Positions 1 to 9,993 of a stretch of DNA of 62,123 bases are shown one piece after another. The stretch comes from a virus (Duplodnaviria > Caudoviricetes). The position numbers and the translations under genes are program-made. Below the pieces are notes generated by a model that saw nothing but the letters and a program-made list of their open reading frames with translations, was not told the origin of the DNA and did not search any database. Position 1 is the stretch's first letter, and each line of letters begins with the position of its first letter. The stretch spans positions 1 through 62,123 of IMG/VR virus record IMGVR_UViG_3300044460_000010; one strand, 5' to 3'.

Positions 1-225
1 TCGGGCGGACCGCGATCGGGGTTGAGCAACGTCGCGACCTTCCACATCATGGCCGCGCGGAGGTTCAAGAAGCCGAGTGTCGGGCACTTGGGGTCACGAC
101 AGTTGGCCGCATTGGAGACGATAATGGGTATGATATCCGGCACGTTTAAAAGTTTCGCGGAATCGATCAAAGATGCCCCGATTCCGATACCGTCCACATT
201 CACGGGGATGCCGACCACCCCACCG
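1..225. repeat. Terminal direct repeat, left copy (assembly overlap of a circular genome)
   Basis: Matches 61899-62123 except pos 99 (A) vs 61997 (C). Confidence 0.95.
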
Positions 226-1292
226 CCGGCCTTCCGGATCATGTCGAGCATGTCCTTGCCCTCCCTCATGGCCTTCCCCGGCGCACGGAGAAGTTCGCCG
301 ATTACCGCCCCGTCCTCGGGCTTGGGCGCGCCGTAGCGAGGTGCCACCACCGCCTTGTCACTTCCGCCGCGTGAGGGGTCCGCGCCCAATGCCCGCAGCG
401 GCCCGCGATTCTTGTAGCGTTCCGCCCACCGCTCGTTCGCCAGCTCCACCCACCGCGTGGGAATGAGTTGCCACCGGCCGTCCTGCTTCGACGCGCCAAA
501 GTCGCCTTCGAGGTAGATCGATCGCAGCGGCTCGGGGAGGGTGGCCAGCGTGTTGTGGTAGCCCTGCGCGATGAGCAGGTCGAGCATGTCGCCGGGGATG
601 AATGATCGACTGCGGGGGACGTGGGGCTTGCCCTTGAAGATGACGGGGGTGGCGTCCGCGAACTCCTCTTCCTTGTCACCGATGGTCGTGTACCAGCGCA
701 GTTCGCCCGGACCCGCCCGGTTGCCCGCGTGCGGGTCGAGCCACGCGCGCCAGCGGCGAATCACCCACTCGCCCTCGGCAGTAGTCGGTGGATTCGACGC
801 GCACACCACGCGGCAGCGCTGGCCGGGAACGGTCGTGCGGTTCCAGGCGTTGATAAACAGGTACTGCGATTCGCTAAAATCGACTACCTCGTCGAAGAAC
901 TTTCCGTCGTGCGCACGTCCTTTAAACTTCTGTTTGTCCTTCTCGTTCTCACAGCCGGTCAGTTCAATCGTGCGGCCGGATGCGGTGGTGAGTACACCGC
1001 CGTAGCCACTGCCACGCCAGCGGTCACCGGGCCAGAGCAGTTCCTGGATGCGGGAGGTGACTTCCTGGAGTTGGGTGGCTTCACGACGAAGGATGAGTGT
1101 TTTACGGTGCGCTGTTAGTCCTAAGCCCAAAAGAAGGTCAGATTTTCCAGCGCCCGCGATGCCGCCATAGAACAGTTCATCCGCTTGGTTGCGATACGCC
1201 AGGCTCTGCGGCCCCACGATCGGGAACCACTGGTACGTTTGCCGACAGTGAGCCAGGTACGCTTCCTCCTGCGGCGAGCGCCGCTGCGACAC
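1..1292 (-). CDS. terL: Terminase large subunit, N-terminal part (continues at 61697-61898; ~497 aa total)
   Basis: Manual translation, open to the window edge so absent from the ORF track: LFYGGIAGAGKS Walker A, KFFDEV Walker B, CASNPP, LGADPSRGGSD nuclease motif; in frame with 61697..62116; start codon uncertain. Confidence 0.9.
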   Translation of the reverse strand, partial: MSQRRSPQEEAYLAHCRQTYQWFPIVGPQSLAYRNQADELFYGGIAGAGKSDLLLGLGLTAHRKTLILRREATQLQEVTSRIQELLWPGDRWRGSGYGGVLTTASGRTIELTGCENEKDKQKFKGRAHDGKFFDEVVDFSESQYLFINAWNRTTVPGQRCRVVCASNPPTTAEGEWVIRRWRAWLDPHAGNRAGPGELRWYTTIGDKEEEFADATPVIFKGKPHVPRSRSFIPGDMLDLLIAQGYHNTLATLPEPLRSIYLEGDFGASKQDGRWQLIPTRWVELANERWAERYKNRGPLRALGADPSRGGSDKAVVAPRYGAPKPEDGAVIGELLRAPGKAMREGKDMLDMIRKAGGGVVGIPVNVDGIGIGASLIDSAKLLNVPDIIPIIVSNAANCRDPKCPTLGFLNLRAAMMWKVATLLNPDRGPP

Positions 1293-1659
1293 GTCTGGCG
1301 GCGAGGAACTCGGCAAACTCAGTGGCAAGCTCAATGGGAAGGCTCCCGGCGGACGGTGGCGGGGGTGTGGTCTCTACATTTTCACTATACCCCCGATGCC
1401 GCCCCAGTGTGCGGAGCGCGAACTGAACCGCCCACGACTCGCCCTTCTTGATCGCTGCTAGCAACTTGGATTCCGCCGTGTCGATCAGGGCGCCACGCTC
1501 CTGGTGGATGATGCCCGATATTTCCTTACTGACCTTAGACCGTTCGTATATCGTGTTAGAGTCGCATCCAACCCTCTTCGCAGCCAGAAACACCATACCG
1601 CCCGTCTTTTTCAAAGCGGCGATTATTTCCTTGTCAGAATATTTGCGCGGACGGGCCAT
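1177..1659 (-). CDS. terS: Terminase small subunit (HTH)
   Basis: MARPRKYSDKEIIAALKKTGGMVFLAAKRVGC HTH and AESKLLAAIKKGESWAVQFALRT; directly upstream of terL. Confidence 0.75.
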   Translation of the reverse strand: MARPRKYSDKEIIAALKKTGGMVFLAAKRVGCDSNTIYERSKVSKEISGIIHQERGALIDTAESKLLAAIKKGESWAVQFALRTLGRHRGYSENVETTPPPPSAGSLPIELATEFAEFLAARRVAAALAAGGSVPGSLSANVPVVPDRGAAEPGVSQPSG

Positions 1660-1708
1660 TATGTCTAACGCTGCCTGTGATGGGTATCCCAAGAATTTCC
1701 CACGATTT

Positions 1709-1735
1709 ATGATACTTTGGCACAGGGGAACCTGC
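1709..1735 (-). promoter_or_regulatory. Late promoter motif GCARGTTCCCC-N10-(-10 box), upstream of terS
   Basis: GCAGGTTCCCC-N10-TATCAT; one of 9 copies with identical spacing. Confidence 0.7.
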
Positions 1736-1774
1736 GAGATAGGGGTATGGAGTTTCCATACCCCTATCTCGCTT

Positions 1775-2122
1775 TTACAGGTCGTTGAATTCTGGCAAAG
1801 GAAAATGCTTCTGGATGTAGCGCCGGAAGCACATGTCCACATCGGAAACGCGGTACGCTGGCCCTGGATATTGCGTCGGAGTCGTCCCCCTGAGTCGGTG
1901 AATTGCCTTGCGGAACACGTCCGACTTGTGTTCCGCTTTGGTCCGCTCCCGCTTCCAGCGTTGCCACCGGCGGCGCAGAAGCAGCGCGTGCCTCGGATAT
2001 CCGCCTTCCTCGATCCAATCCGCGAACACCAGCGCCGTATCGAACTCGCCCGCGTGGATCGCACGAACAAAAGTCATTGCCTCTTTCACGCTCAACTTCG
2101 GTTCCCGACTCATTTCCTTCAT
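1775..2122 (-). CDS. TIGR02996-like domain protein
   Basis: AIHAGEFDTALVFADWIEEGG resembles the Planctomycete TIGR02996 motif. Confidence 0.55.
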   Translation of the reverse strand: MKEMSREPKLSVKEAMTFVRAIHAGEFDTALVFADWIEEGGYPRHALLLRRRWQRWKRERTKAEHKSDVFRKAIHRLRGTTPTQYPGPAYRVSDVDMCFRRYIQKHFPLPEFNDL

Positions 2123-2280
2123 GGCTAAACCAGTCATCGCTCACCTCGCTTGAGATTTCCGGCCCAATGTACTTTACGCACGCCGCTTCGCCATCGTTTA
2201 ACGATGTGCAGCCGGGACACGAACCAGGTGTCCCGGCTGCGGGGAAGTGCAACGGGAAGTGCTGGGAGACGTGGTTCAGC

Positions 2281-2487
2281 TCACTGCGATTCCTCCGGGG
2301 TTGCTTCGGGTTTCTCCCGCGCCTCGCCTGCCTGCTCGACATAAGCGGCCCTCGCCGTGGCAAGCTCCTGTTCGAGCCACACGATGTAGTCGCTCAGTTG
2401 TTCAGCATCGGGGTCGCTATTCGACTCCACTTCCAACAGTGGGCCGTTTCGCGCGAACACGTTGATTTCGGGGACCACAAACGGCAT
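2281..2487 (-). CDS. Hypothetical protein
   Basis: Acidic 68-aa ORF with GGAG RBS, in operon orientation. Confidence 0.6.
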   Translation of the reverse strand: MPFVVPEINVFARNGPLLEVESNSDPDAEQLSDYIVWLEQELATARAAYVEQAGEAREKPEATPEESQ

Positions 2488-2585
2488 CGGTCAGTCTCCT
2501 TATGGGTTGCTCTCACTGGGACTCTTCCTTACCGTCGCGGCAGAGGTAAAACCACATCCCGCAGTCGGGGGTTGTTGAGCCGCAT

Positions 2586-4271
2586 TCAGATGCCACAGAC
2601 ACCGGACTTGCAACCGGCCTCAGATTGATCCACGAACTCGACGCCGACCTGATTGACCGCTAACTGATACGGCACCCGGACAAGTGGCTGTCCATCGCGG
2701 CAACCGTCAGGGTATGCCGTGATGCCGCGCAGGTGCGGTAGGTGTGTGAGTAGGTTCGCGGCGAAGTTATCCACCGTGTCGTCAGAGTTCGCCGCGGAAC
2801 CCCAGGCCGGCAAGTTGATCGTGGAGCTAATGCCGTGGTCCACGTGGGTCTGAAGCCACTTCTGGAAGCCAATCCGGCGGTCGACGGATTGCTGATCACA
2901 CGACAGGCTCATCGCGTCCTCAATGGAGTCAGGGTCGACACCGGAGGTGATGAGCCTTTGCGCGGCGGCGTCCACGACATACTGCGCTTTCCACGTCGAG
3001 CCATCCAAGTATCGCCGCTTGAACGCGGTCGCGAAGATCGGCTCAACACCGGAGGTGGTCTCCGCGATGATACTGATCGTGCCCGTGGGCGCGACCGCCC
3101 GCGTTGCCACCGGGCGACTGATGGAGAGGCGGTCGGCCAGTCGGTTCGCGAACGCTCCGGACATGGCGTAGGCCCTCAACCATTCCGCCAGCTCGCTACA
3201 TGGTGCGTAGCGATAGCCACGACACAGGAGCCATTCGTGAATACCCATGAGCCCCAGCCCCAGGCGGCGGTTTCGCTCGCGAATCTGGTACATCGCGGCC
3301 AGGGGGAGCTTGCTGTAAATCGTGCCGCAGAGTAAAAACGCGGTGCCCAACTCCACGGCCTCGGTAAACTCCGCGATTGAACGAAATCGTGCCAGGTTCA
3401 GGCTACCAAGATTGCACATATCACCATCGTCGCGAGAAGTAACCTCGGTGCAAGCATTGCGGAGGTGCTCACCCTCATTGTCGCCGACGTCCACACTGAA
3501 ACCCGGTTCACTGGTTTCCACCATCCCGCGCACCGCGGCAGCATAGACAACTCGTGCGGTTGAGTGTTGGCGATGCATCGCATCGCCAAAGGCCGCGAAG
3601 AACTCATCGTCCTGGATGAGGGAGAGATTCGTCACGTCCAGGGGTGCGGGGAACGAGAAGTCTTGTCGCTTCCCCTCCCGCACGAGACTTGACCAGTTCT
3701 TCGCGGCGATGAATTTCAGGGCGTCGGGGTGGTTCCAGTGGAGACCCGCCCAGATGGCCGAACGGCGACTCCCACCCTGGACGATGTAGCGCCCACACTC
3801 GTTGACCATCTTCATGAGGGCCAGCGGTCCAGTCGATTTACCGCCCATACCGCCGACAGCGGAGCCCTCCGGCCGGAGATTCGAATACACAACCCCAATC
3901 CCGCCGCCGGTCATGAGGGCATTGGTGCATTTCTGGAGTAGTTCCCCCCAGCCCTCACGGGTGTCTTCCGCGCGGAACAAAAAGCAATTATTCACCTGTG
4001 GGAACTTGCGGCCCGCGGCGTAGAGGTATCGGCCACCCGGCATGAACTTCCGTTCGGTGATGAGCCTTTGAATCCGCGTCGTCAATTCCGGCATGTAAGG
4101 CGTGACGACACACCGGGCCACGCGCTCAGCGGTCTCGTGCCACTCCTCTTTCCGCCCATTGACGTCGTGGGCATATTTGTTCTGAAAGATCGTGTTGGCA
4201 AAAGGCGATAGCGATTCCATTGATGAAAACTCCATTGTGATACGATCTAAGGCTTTGGCTTCACTACTCAC
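2586..4271 (-). CDS. nrdJ: Class II (B12-dependent) ribonucleotide reductase
   Basis: FMPGGRYL, NNCF, NACTE, CNLGSLNL, VAPTGTISI, ISSTINLP, C-terminal CKSGVCGI; no beta subunit gene seen; GTG start overlaps thyX stop. Confidence 0.9.
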   Translation of the reverse strand: MSSEAKALDRITMEFSSMESLSPFANTIFQNKYAHDVNGRKEEWHETAERVARCVVTPYMPELTTRIQRLITERKFMPGGRYLYAAGRKFPQVNNCFLFRAEDTREGWGELLQKCTNALMTGGGIGVVYSNLRPEGSAVGGMGGKSTGPLALMKMVNECGRYIVQGGSRRSAIWAGLHWNHPDALKFIAAKNWSSLVREGKRQDFSFPAPLDVTNLSLIQDDEFFAAFGDAMHRQHSTARVVYAAAVRGMVETSEPGFSVDVGDNEGEHLRNACTEVTSRDDGDMCNLGSLNLARFRSIAEFTEAVELGTAFLLCGTIYSKLPLAAMYQIRERNRRLGLGLMGIHEWLLCRGYRYAPCSELAEWLRAYAMSGAFANRLADRLSISRPVATRAVAPTGTISIIAETTSGVEPIFATAFKRRYLDGSTWKAQYVVDAAAQRLITSGVDPDSIEDAMSLSCDQQSVDRRIGFQKWLQTHVDHGISSTINLPAWGSAANSDDTVDNFAANLLTHLPHLRGITAYPDGCRDGQPLVRVPYQLAVNQVGVEFVDQSEAGCKSGVCGI

Positions 4272-5039
4272 GGTGCGGTCCTCCCGCACTCGTTCCAGGC
4301 TGCATGAGTCAAAGGAAATAGTTTTTGGAATTCCGCCTCACACTGACGCGCGGCCTGCTCGATTTCCCACAGGGGATAGCTCACGGCTTGTGCGGTCGGT
4401 TCGTGCGTCCTCAGCGAGAGGAACGCCATCAGTGAGCGTGGGGGGGTTGCACGTGACCCAGCACGACGAATAGATGCCGACGGGAAGGCAATCGCGGGCA
4501 ATCCCTGGGTCAATGCCCAAAGCGAGATTCGCAAGGTAGGCATCGTAGGAGACGATGTAAGACCGCTTCAGATTGTCGATGAGTTCGCAGTAGACGTAGT
4601 TGTTATCGCAGTGGGTGAACTTCGGTCGCCCTGGCTTCCACCCGTCCACCTTCATCATGGGTCGCTCACGATCAGGCAGGTAGAACACCGGGTCGAGCGT
4701 CTTGTAGCGTGCGGATTCCTCGTTGAACGACATACCAAGCCCTGGGTCACCCTCGGTGCCGTACTCGGAGTATGCAAATCCAATCCTGTGGCGATGCCAT
4801 TCACGCCACACGAAAATCGGGGCGTGAACAAAGAACTGAAGCGCGCCCGCTTCGAAGGGGGTGCCGTGCCGGTGCCGCATCAGGTAGCGGATGATTCCAT
4901 GCACGTCCTCTGGGTTTTCAATGGCGCGCCGCAACCCATCCTCAGCCGACGTGGAGACCCATGCGGCCATTGCAATTCGGGCGTCGTCTCCCATCTTGTC
5001 GATGAGTCTCACGCCCATGTCTGATCGAAATGTACTCAT
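4268..5039 (-). pseudogene. thyX: Flavin-dependent thymidylate synthase, frameshifted at a C7 run (4440-4446)
   Basis: HGTPFE, REWHRHR, FNEESARY, IARDCLP in 4338..5039; conserved RSLMAFLSLR...EI tail lies in the 4268..4543 frame. Confidence 0.85.
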
Positions 5040-5311
5040 CCCATCACATCCTTTGGGTGAAACAGCGCGTAACCACCACGCGCCCGAAGTTCAAGTACGC
5101 TCATCTTCTCCACGGAACCTGGCCGAGCCCGTGTCGGTTCCGCCGGCAGCGGTGCCGTGCCGCGAAAGTTGCCGACGCCGCGCCGTCCATACTTCGACGT
5201 CGAGGGATACTGTTCCTTCACGCCGGGACGCCGATAGCAACCCCAACAGAGACCACGATGGGCGGGAGCACGCCTCTGGCCGCAGTGCTTGCAGATGGGC
5301 TTTTCGGTCAC
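5036..5311 (-). CDS. Hypothetical Zn-finger protein
   Basis: CKHC...CWGC; overlapping start/stop with neighbours. Confidence 0.6.
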   Translation of the reverse strand: MTEKPICKHCGQRRAPAHRGLCWGCYRRPGVKEQYPSTSKYGRRGVGNFRGTAPLPAEPTRARPGSVEKMSVLELRARGGYALFHPKDVMG

Positions 5312-5586
5312 ACTGGCTTCTCCAGCAGTTCGAGTCGGTAACTCGGCACAACGTCGATTCGGGCAGAACAACCCATGTGCCAGAACACCGCCACAAGACC
5401 GGTAACGTGGTCGATGGTGAGTACCGTTCGCCAGTCCTCGCTGAACTCCCCGGTCATCTGGCCAGACTTATCCACGAGTCGCAGTCGTACTTTGTCGCCG
5501 AGTTTCACAATGAGTCCTCCATGTCGAGCGGAGCCGCTCGATAGTTCCACCGGCTCCACGAGCGGGTGCTGGATGCTGTTGCCCAC
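5308..5586 (-). CDS. Hypothetical protein
   Basis: Translationally coupled ORF in the minus-strand operon. Confidence 0.55.
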   Translation of the reverse strand: MGNSIQHPLVEPVELSSGSARHGGLIVKLGDKVRLRLVDKSGQMTGEFSEDWRTVLTIDHVTGLVAVFWHMGCSARIDVVPSYRLELLEKPV

Positions 5587-5604
5587 CTGCGCACAGCGGA
5601 TGGC

Positions 5605-6090
5605 TCACTTAGGCGGCAGTTTCTTCTTCAAACTCAAGAACCACTCGTAAAACTCGCGTGTCACCCGGAGGCCCACAAGAGACTCCAGCCAGCCCCTCTG
5701 AGGCGGAAGGGTGATGCCAAACATCGCCGCCTGCTGCTTGTTGAACCAGCCATCGCCATTGCGTCCCGCGTTGAGCAGTTCTTTGGTCAACACGATCTCG
5801 CCCGCAGCAGAAACGGGTTCTGGTTTCGCTTCTTCCTGCGCGCCATGAAGGACTTCATCCGGGATCGCCAGTGGGGTTGCGAATCGTGCCGCGCTGCCGC
5901 GTACCAAACCGGATTCCACTCGGAGCCGGAATGCACCCATTTCGAACACCCACTTCCCGCCGTCGTCAACTCTCTCAACATGCCAGAGTCGCTTTCGCAT
6001 GACGTGGGGCATCCACTTCGACTCCCCCGGCTGAAGAACCTCGCAGGGGGTTCCCTTATCGATTCGGTAATGCTTGACGGTGCTGGCCAT
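5605..6090 (-). CDS. Hypothetical protein
   Basis: 161-aa ORF in operon orientation. Confidence 0.6.
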   Translation of the reverse strand: MASTVKHYRIDKGTPCEVLQPGESKWMPHVMRKRLWHVERVDDGGKWVFEMGAFRLRVESGLVRGSAARFATPLAIPDEVLHGAQEEAKPEPVSAAGEIVLTKELLNAGRNGDGWFNKQQAAMFGITLPPQRGWLESLVGLRVTREFYEWFLSLKKKLPPK

Positions 6091-6492
6091 GACTAAACCC
6101 CCTGTGTGTCTTCATAACCTTTAGAGACAAGGAACACGGAAGCGCAATGACCCCTTTTTTGGTAGGGGAGCCACCGCGCTTCCGTATCCTCTTCGTCGAC
6201 TGAGGTATCCGGAGCTTTTCAGTGAACCGGGCTGATACTTCTTTACCGTGTCGCCCGGTTAGCCTGTCGGCCACCCATGCACGCCAACCTCTACGGGGTG
6301 CCTTGCCTCCATACCCCTGAACGGTTGGGATCTCCGCCATCGGAGACCGCCCTCTAGCCCTCTGGGGTTTCACGCCCAGTCAGCCGGGAACTAACTCTGA
6401 CTGCACGGTGGTATTTCGTCGGGGCCGTGCGCCACCGTCCACAATTGCCCGCAAGCCCGGTGTGGATGCCAGAATTTGCCAGTCGGAGGCTA

Positions 6493-6876
6493 TCATCGCA
6501 GGGCTAATTCCTCCTCATCTACGGGTTCGCCCACACCGGGCGTCAGGTTCGCGAGCTGTTCTTCCAGTTCCCGCATCCGAATCTTGAGTGCGTCCATTTC
6601 GCGCCAGACTCGCACCGCCATGCGTACTGCCTTGTCTGCCTTGTTGCACGCCGGATCTGTCAGTTCGCCCACGATGTGCACCAGTCGTGTCCGAACAGTG
6701 TTGGTGCCGTGGTCGAGCATCATCAGGAACAGCAGTCCGCCGAGCGCTCCCAGGTGCTCTTGCGCGCGAGTGGCATTCGCTTGTGCTGCGGCAAGTTCGG
6801 TCTCGTCGCCAGCACGCTCGGCGTCTTCCAACCGCGCGAAGGCGTCGCCGAGGTCGTCCCAAGGGAGCGGCGTCAT
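6493..6876 (-). CDS. Hypothetical coiled-coil protein
   Basis: MTPLPWDDL...; ATGA overlap with upstream gene. Confidence 0.6.
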   Translation of the reverse strand: MTPLPWDDLGDAFARLEDAERAGDETELAAAQANATRAQEHLGALGGLLFLMMLDHGTNTVRTRLVHIVGELTDPACNKADKAVRMAVRVWREMDALKIRMRELEEQLANLTPGVGEPVDEEELALR

Positions 6877-7280
6877 TTCGCGAATCTCCCCCGCTCCCGC
6901 GCAATCCACGTCGGACCCACCCCACTCTCCGGCGTCCAGAATGGGCATGTCACCATGTGGCACACCTGCTGAATCTCCGGTGTCGGACCGTAGACTGTCG
7001 CCAAGCAAGCCCGGCAACTCTCGCTCTCCAATTCGTCGGCATCCGCCGAAGGTTCGGGTGGCGACTGCGACTCTCGCGGTTGTGGCATCGACTGTTGTTC
7101 CGCCAGTTGAGGCGCGTACATCTTGAGCAGTTCCGGTTTGAATTTCTTGACGGCGTCAATCACGTCGGGCGTCTTCTCTGCGCCGGGACCGCAGAGAACA
7201 AGTGAGTTACGTGTGTCATCGAACTCAATGGTGAGTCCGCGCTGCTTCAGTTGTTCGACAAGTCGTTTGACGAGACTCAT
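6873..7280 (-). CDS. Hypothetical protein (TubC-N-like start, Cys-rich end)
   Basis: LVEQLKQRGLTIEFD...AVKKFKPELL; coupled to the helicase gene. Confidence 0.6.
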   Translation of the reverse strand: MSLVKRLVEQLKQRGLTIEFDDTRNSLVLCGPGAEKTPDVIDAVKKFKPELLKMYAPQLAEQQSMPQPRESQSPPEPSADADELESESCRACLATVYGPTPEIQQVCHMVTCPFWTPESGVGPTWIARERGRFAK

Positions 7281-8923
7281 TCGGGCAGAACCTCGGGTTT
7301 GCGCCAGCCGTTAGCGGCGATGGCATCGATGATGCGGCTGGCGCGGTCCATCCCTATTCCGTTGGCGTCGATGCCGTGTTTCCGCAGCACGCCCGCCTGC
7401 TTGACCGTGCAACGCTTCTTGCCCATTTCGTCAATCACGGCGCCAGCCTGTCGCTTCGAGTAGCGCGACGCTGTCTCCATCGCGACGCCAAGATTCACGA
7501 GTAGTCGAAGTTGCGAATCGGTGGCAGTACCACGCTTGGGGCCGGTGTAGTCGCTACCTACCATCTCAGGCGCGTCGTCGTCAAACGGGTTGACTTCGTG
7601 CGAACCCCACGCCACATCACGGGCCTTGATGTGCTCGCGCTCCTTCCACTCGCGCTCAAGCAACAGGAGAGCTGCGGCCTGGTCCATCACCTCGCCCACG
7701 TCCTTCCGCTCGCGGGTCGCCTCCCCTTTGGCGAGTTCCCGCGTCTCGCAGTCGTAGTTCCCGCCAAGCACGTCGTAGGCGCTCGCGAGCTTGTGTCGCG
7801 AGTTGCCGACAAAGTCGAGTACGAGACACTTCGACTTCTCGCTCGTGAGGATTGCCAGTCGCCGATCCTGTGCGTCAGGGATGCCGTCAACGGTCTCCGG
7901 GAGCGTGCGTAAGCCCCGCCCAAGCATCTGTGTGTAGAGCGTCAGCGACTTGGTGGGTCGGCCCATCACGACCGCCGCGCAGTTGGGCGCGTCGAAGCCT
8001 TCCGTGAGTACCGCGCAGTTGCAGAGGAACTGGACCTTGCCCGCCCCGAAGTCGCGAATGATTTCCTCACGACGCTCGGTTTGCGTGCCGCCGTCCACCG
8101 CAACGGCGGCATCCGGTTTGTAGCGGTTCAAGACCGCGGCGAGTTCGTGCGCGTGGCGGACGCTGGCGGTGAAGACGAGTGTTGGGCGGTCGCCAACCTT
8201 CGCGAGCGTGGGCACCGCGAGTTTGTGAAGCATTTCCTCCTGAACCATCACCCCTTCGAGTTGCGATTGCGAGAAGTCTGCTTCGCCGAACTCGTTCTTC
8301 TTGATTTTCACTCCGTCGAGTTCGAGCGAATCGACAACAACGTATTCCTGTGCGACCGGCACAAGCCAGCCTTCTGTCACGGCGTCGTTGATCGACATTT
8401 GATAGGCGACGGATTCAAACATGAGCCCGAGCGCGGTTCCATCGGAGCGGTTGGGCGTCGCGGTGATGCCGACAACCTTGAGGGACGGGTTGACGGTTTG
8501 GAAGAACTCGACAACCTTCTTGTAGGTCGCTGCGGTCGAGTGGTGAGCCTCGTCAACAACGATGAGCCCGAAGGGGTGGCGACGGTACTTTTCCAGGCGG
8601 CGGTCGCCGTACATCGATTGCACACTGCCGACGATGGAAAGCCCGCCGGACCAAAGCGTATCCATCTCGACAGCTTGGGTTCCCATCTCGACGCCGGGCC
8701 GGTAGCCGAGTTCCGCGCCAAGTTTGTCAGCCGCCTGGCTGATGAGTTCCTTGGTGTGTGCCAAGAACAGTGTGTTGCCCTGTTCCCACTCGGAGATGAG
8801 TTTCGCGGCATAGACGGTCTTACCCAAGCCCGTTGGGAGAACAACAATGGTCGAGTTGTACTGTTGGAGTTGCCGGCGGGTCGCTTCGAGCGCCGCGACT
8901 TGGTACGGACGAAGTTGCTTCAT
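7277..8923 (-). CDS. SF2 DEAH-box helicase
   Basis: LRPYQ, LPTGLGKT, VVDEAHH, ITATP, LTEGFD, QMLGRGLR. Confidence 0.93.
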   Translation of the reverse strand: MKQLRPYQVAALEATRRQLQQYNSTIVVLPTGLGKTVYAAKLISEWEQGNTLFLAHTKELISQAADKLGAELGYRPGVEMGTQAVEMDTLWSGGLSIVGSVQSMYGDRRLEKYRRHPFGLIVVDEAHHSTAATYKKVVEFFQTVNPSLKVVGITATPNRSDGTALGLMFESVAYQMSINDAVTEGWLVPVAQEYVVVDSLELDGVKIKKNEFGEADFSQSQLEGVMVQEEMLHKLAVPTLAKVGDRPTLVFTASVRHAHELAAVLNRYKPDAAVAVDGGTQTERREEIIRDFGAGKVQFLCNCAVLTEGFDAPNCAAVVMGRPTKSLTLYTQMLGRGLRTLPETVDGIPDAQDRRLAILTSEKSKCLVLDFVGNSRHKLASAYDVLGGNYDCETRELAKGEATRERKDVGEVMDQAAALLLLEREWKEREHIKARDVAWGSHEVNPFDDDAPEMVGSDYTGPKRGTATDSQLRLLVNLGVAMETASRYSKRQAGAVIDEMGKKRCTVKQAGVLRKHGIDANGIGMDRASRIIDAIAANGWRKPEVLPE

Positions 8924-9864
8924 TGAACACCGCCCATAGCTTTTGTGCCGCTGTCAAAGGTGTTCTTCTTGACGCGACCAGTCTTCTTGCAGGTGTCGCA
9001 GCCCTGGCCCTTGCAGTACGGGCAGATATGTGCCGGCCGCCCCTGCCACAGAGTCTTCCGTGCGGCTTCGACTTGCGACACAGCGGAATCGATGTGGATA
9101 GAGTATGCGAGGGGCGATTCCTTCAGTGCCTTCATCCGCGCTGCGATCTGGTCCACGTCGCGACAGAGGGATTCGACGGTTGCGACGAATTCCGCGCCGG
9201 GTTCGGCGGGTGTCGCTTCGGCTTCCGGCTCGGTGGCTTTCGCCTTTGCGATTGCATCCTTCGCGGCTTTCTTCTTGTCTTTCGCCTTTGCGACTTTCTT
9301 CCGCTCTGCCCGCGGGAGGTCCGCAACCTGTGCGGCGGTCTTAGCAGACAGGTCGCCTTCCTTCACCGCCGCGAGCAGTTCCGGCGCCTTCTTTTTCACC
9401 TTCGCGGCAGCGTCAATTGTCTTCTCGCCGACACCCGTTTCGCTGGAAATCTCAGCCGAAGTGCGGTTCAAAGGGCACTGGTGCCCTTTGATTTTCCGGT
9501 TGCCGCCGTGGGGCATCAGGTCTGCTAACTCAACGGCGCTTGCGGCAATCTGGGATGCCGTGAGATTGCGCCGCGTGAGGTCGCGTTGAACCCACTGGAT
9601 AATCTGTTCCTCGGTCCAATTCACCGTTCGGTAGACAGGCTCGACTCCAGCGACGATGGCAGCAAGTTCGCGCCTGCGCCCGTCGATGATGAGCGTCGTG
9701 TCAACCAGTCGCGTAACAGGGCGGTCCTGGTCAAACCCGTCTTCACTCATGTTCGCAACGAGCGCCGCGAATTCGTCATTGTCGAGGTTCCACGGCAGCG
9801 CATCAGCGGCGCGGTGGGCCTCGGAGACTTCGTAGTCACGACCAGCGTACTCAATCTTTCGCAT
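8920..9864 (-). CDS. ParB/Srx-like N-terminal domain protein with C-terminal Cys cluster
   Basis: LIIDGRRRELAA, RRNLTASQIA, CPYCKGQGCDTC. Confidence 0.75.
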   Translation of the reverse strand: MRKIEYAGRDYEVSEAHRAADALPWNLDNDEFAALVANMSEDGFDQDRPVTRLVDTTLIIDGRRRELAAIVAGVEPVYRTVNWTEEQIIQWVQRDLTRRNLTASQIAASAVELADLMPHGGNRKIKGHQCPLNRTSAEISSETGVGEKTIDAAAKVKKKAPELLAAVKEGDLSAKTAAQVADLPRAERKKVAKAKDKKKAAKDAIAKAKATEPEAEATPAEPGAEFVATVESLCRDVDQIAARMKALKESPLAYSIHIDSAVSQVEAARKTLWQGRPAHICPYCKGQGCDTCKKTGRVKKNTFDSGTKAMGGVQ

Positions 9865-9993
9865 CGCGATTCCATCCGTTACTGCGGTAGACGGCAAACT
9901 CGCTGTTGATCCGGAGCGCGAGTTCTTCGAGCGAGTCGGCGCGCTGCACAATCGGGAGGTCGTTCACGTTGCCATCTCTCATCAGTGCTCGAT

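Noticed and set aside
1-225. Biological terminal repeats or a broken terL
   Set aside because: The repeat lies mid-gene and terL is in frame across the join, as expected for an assembly overlap.
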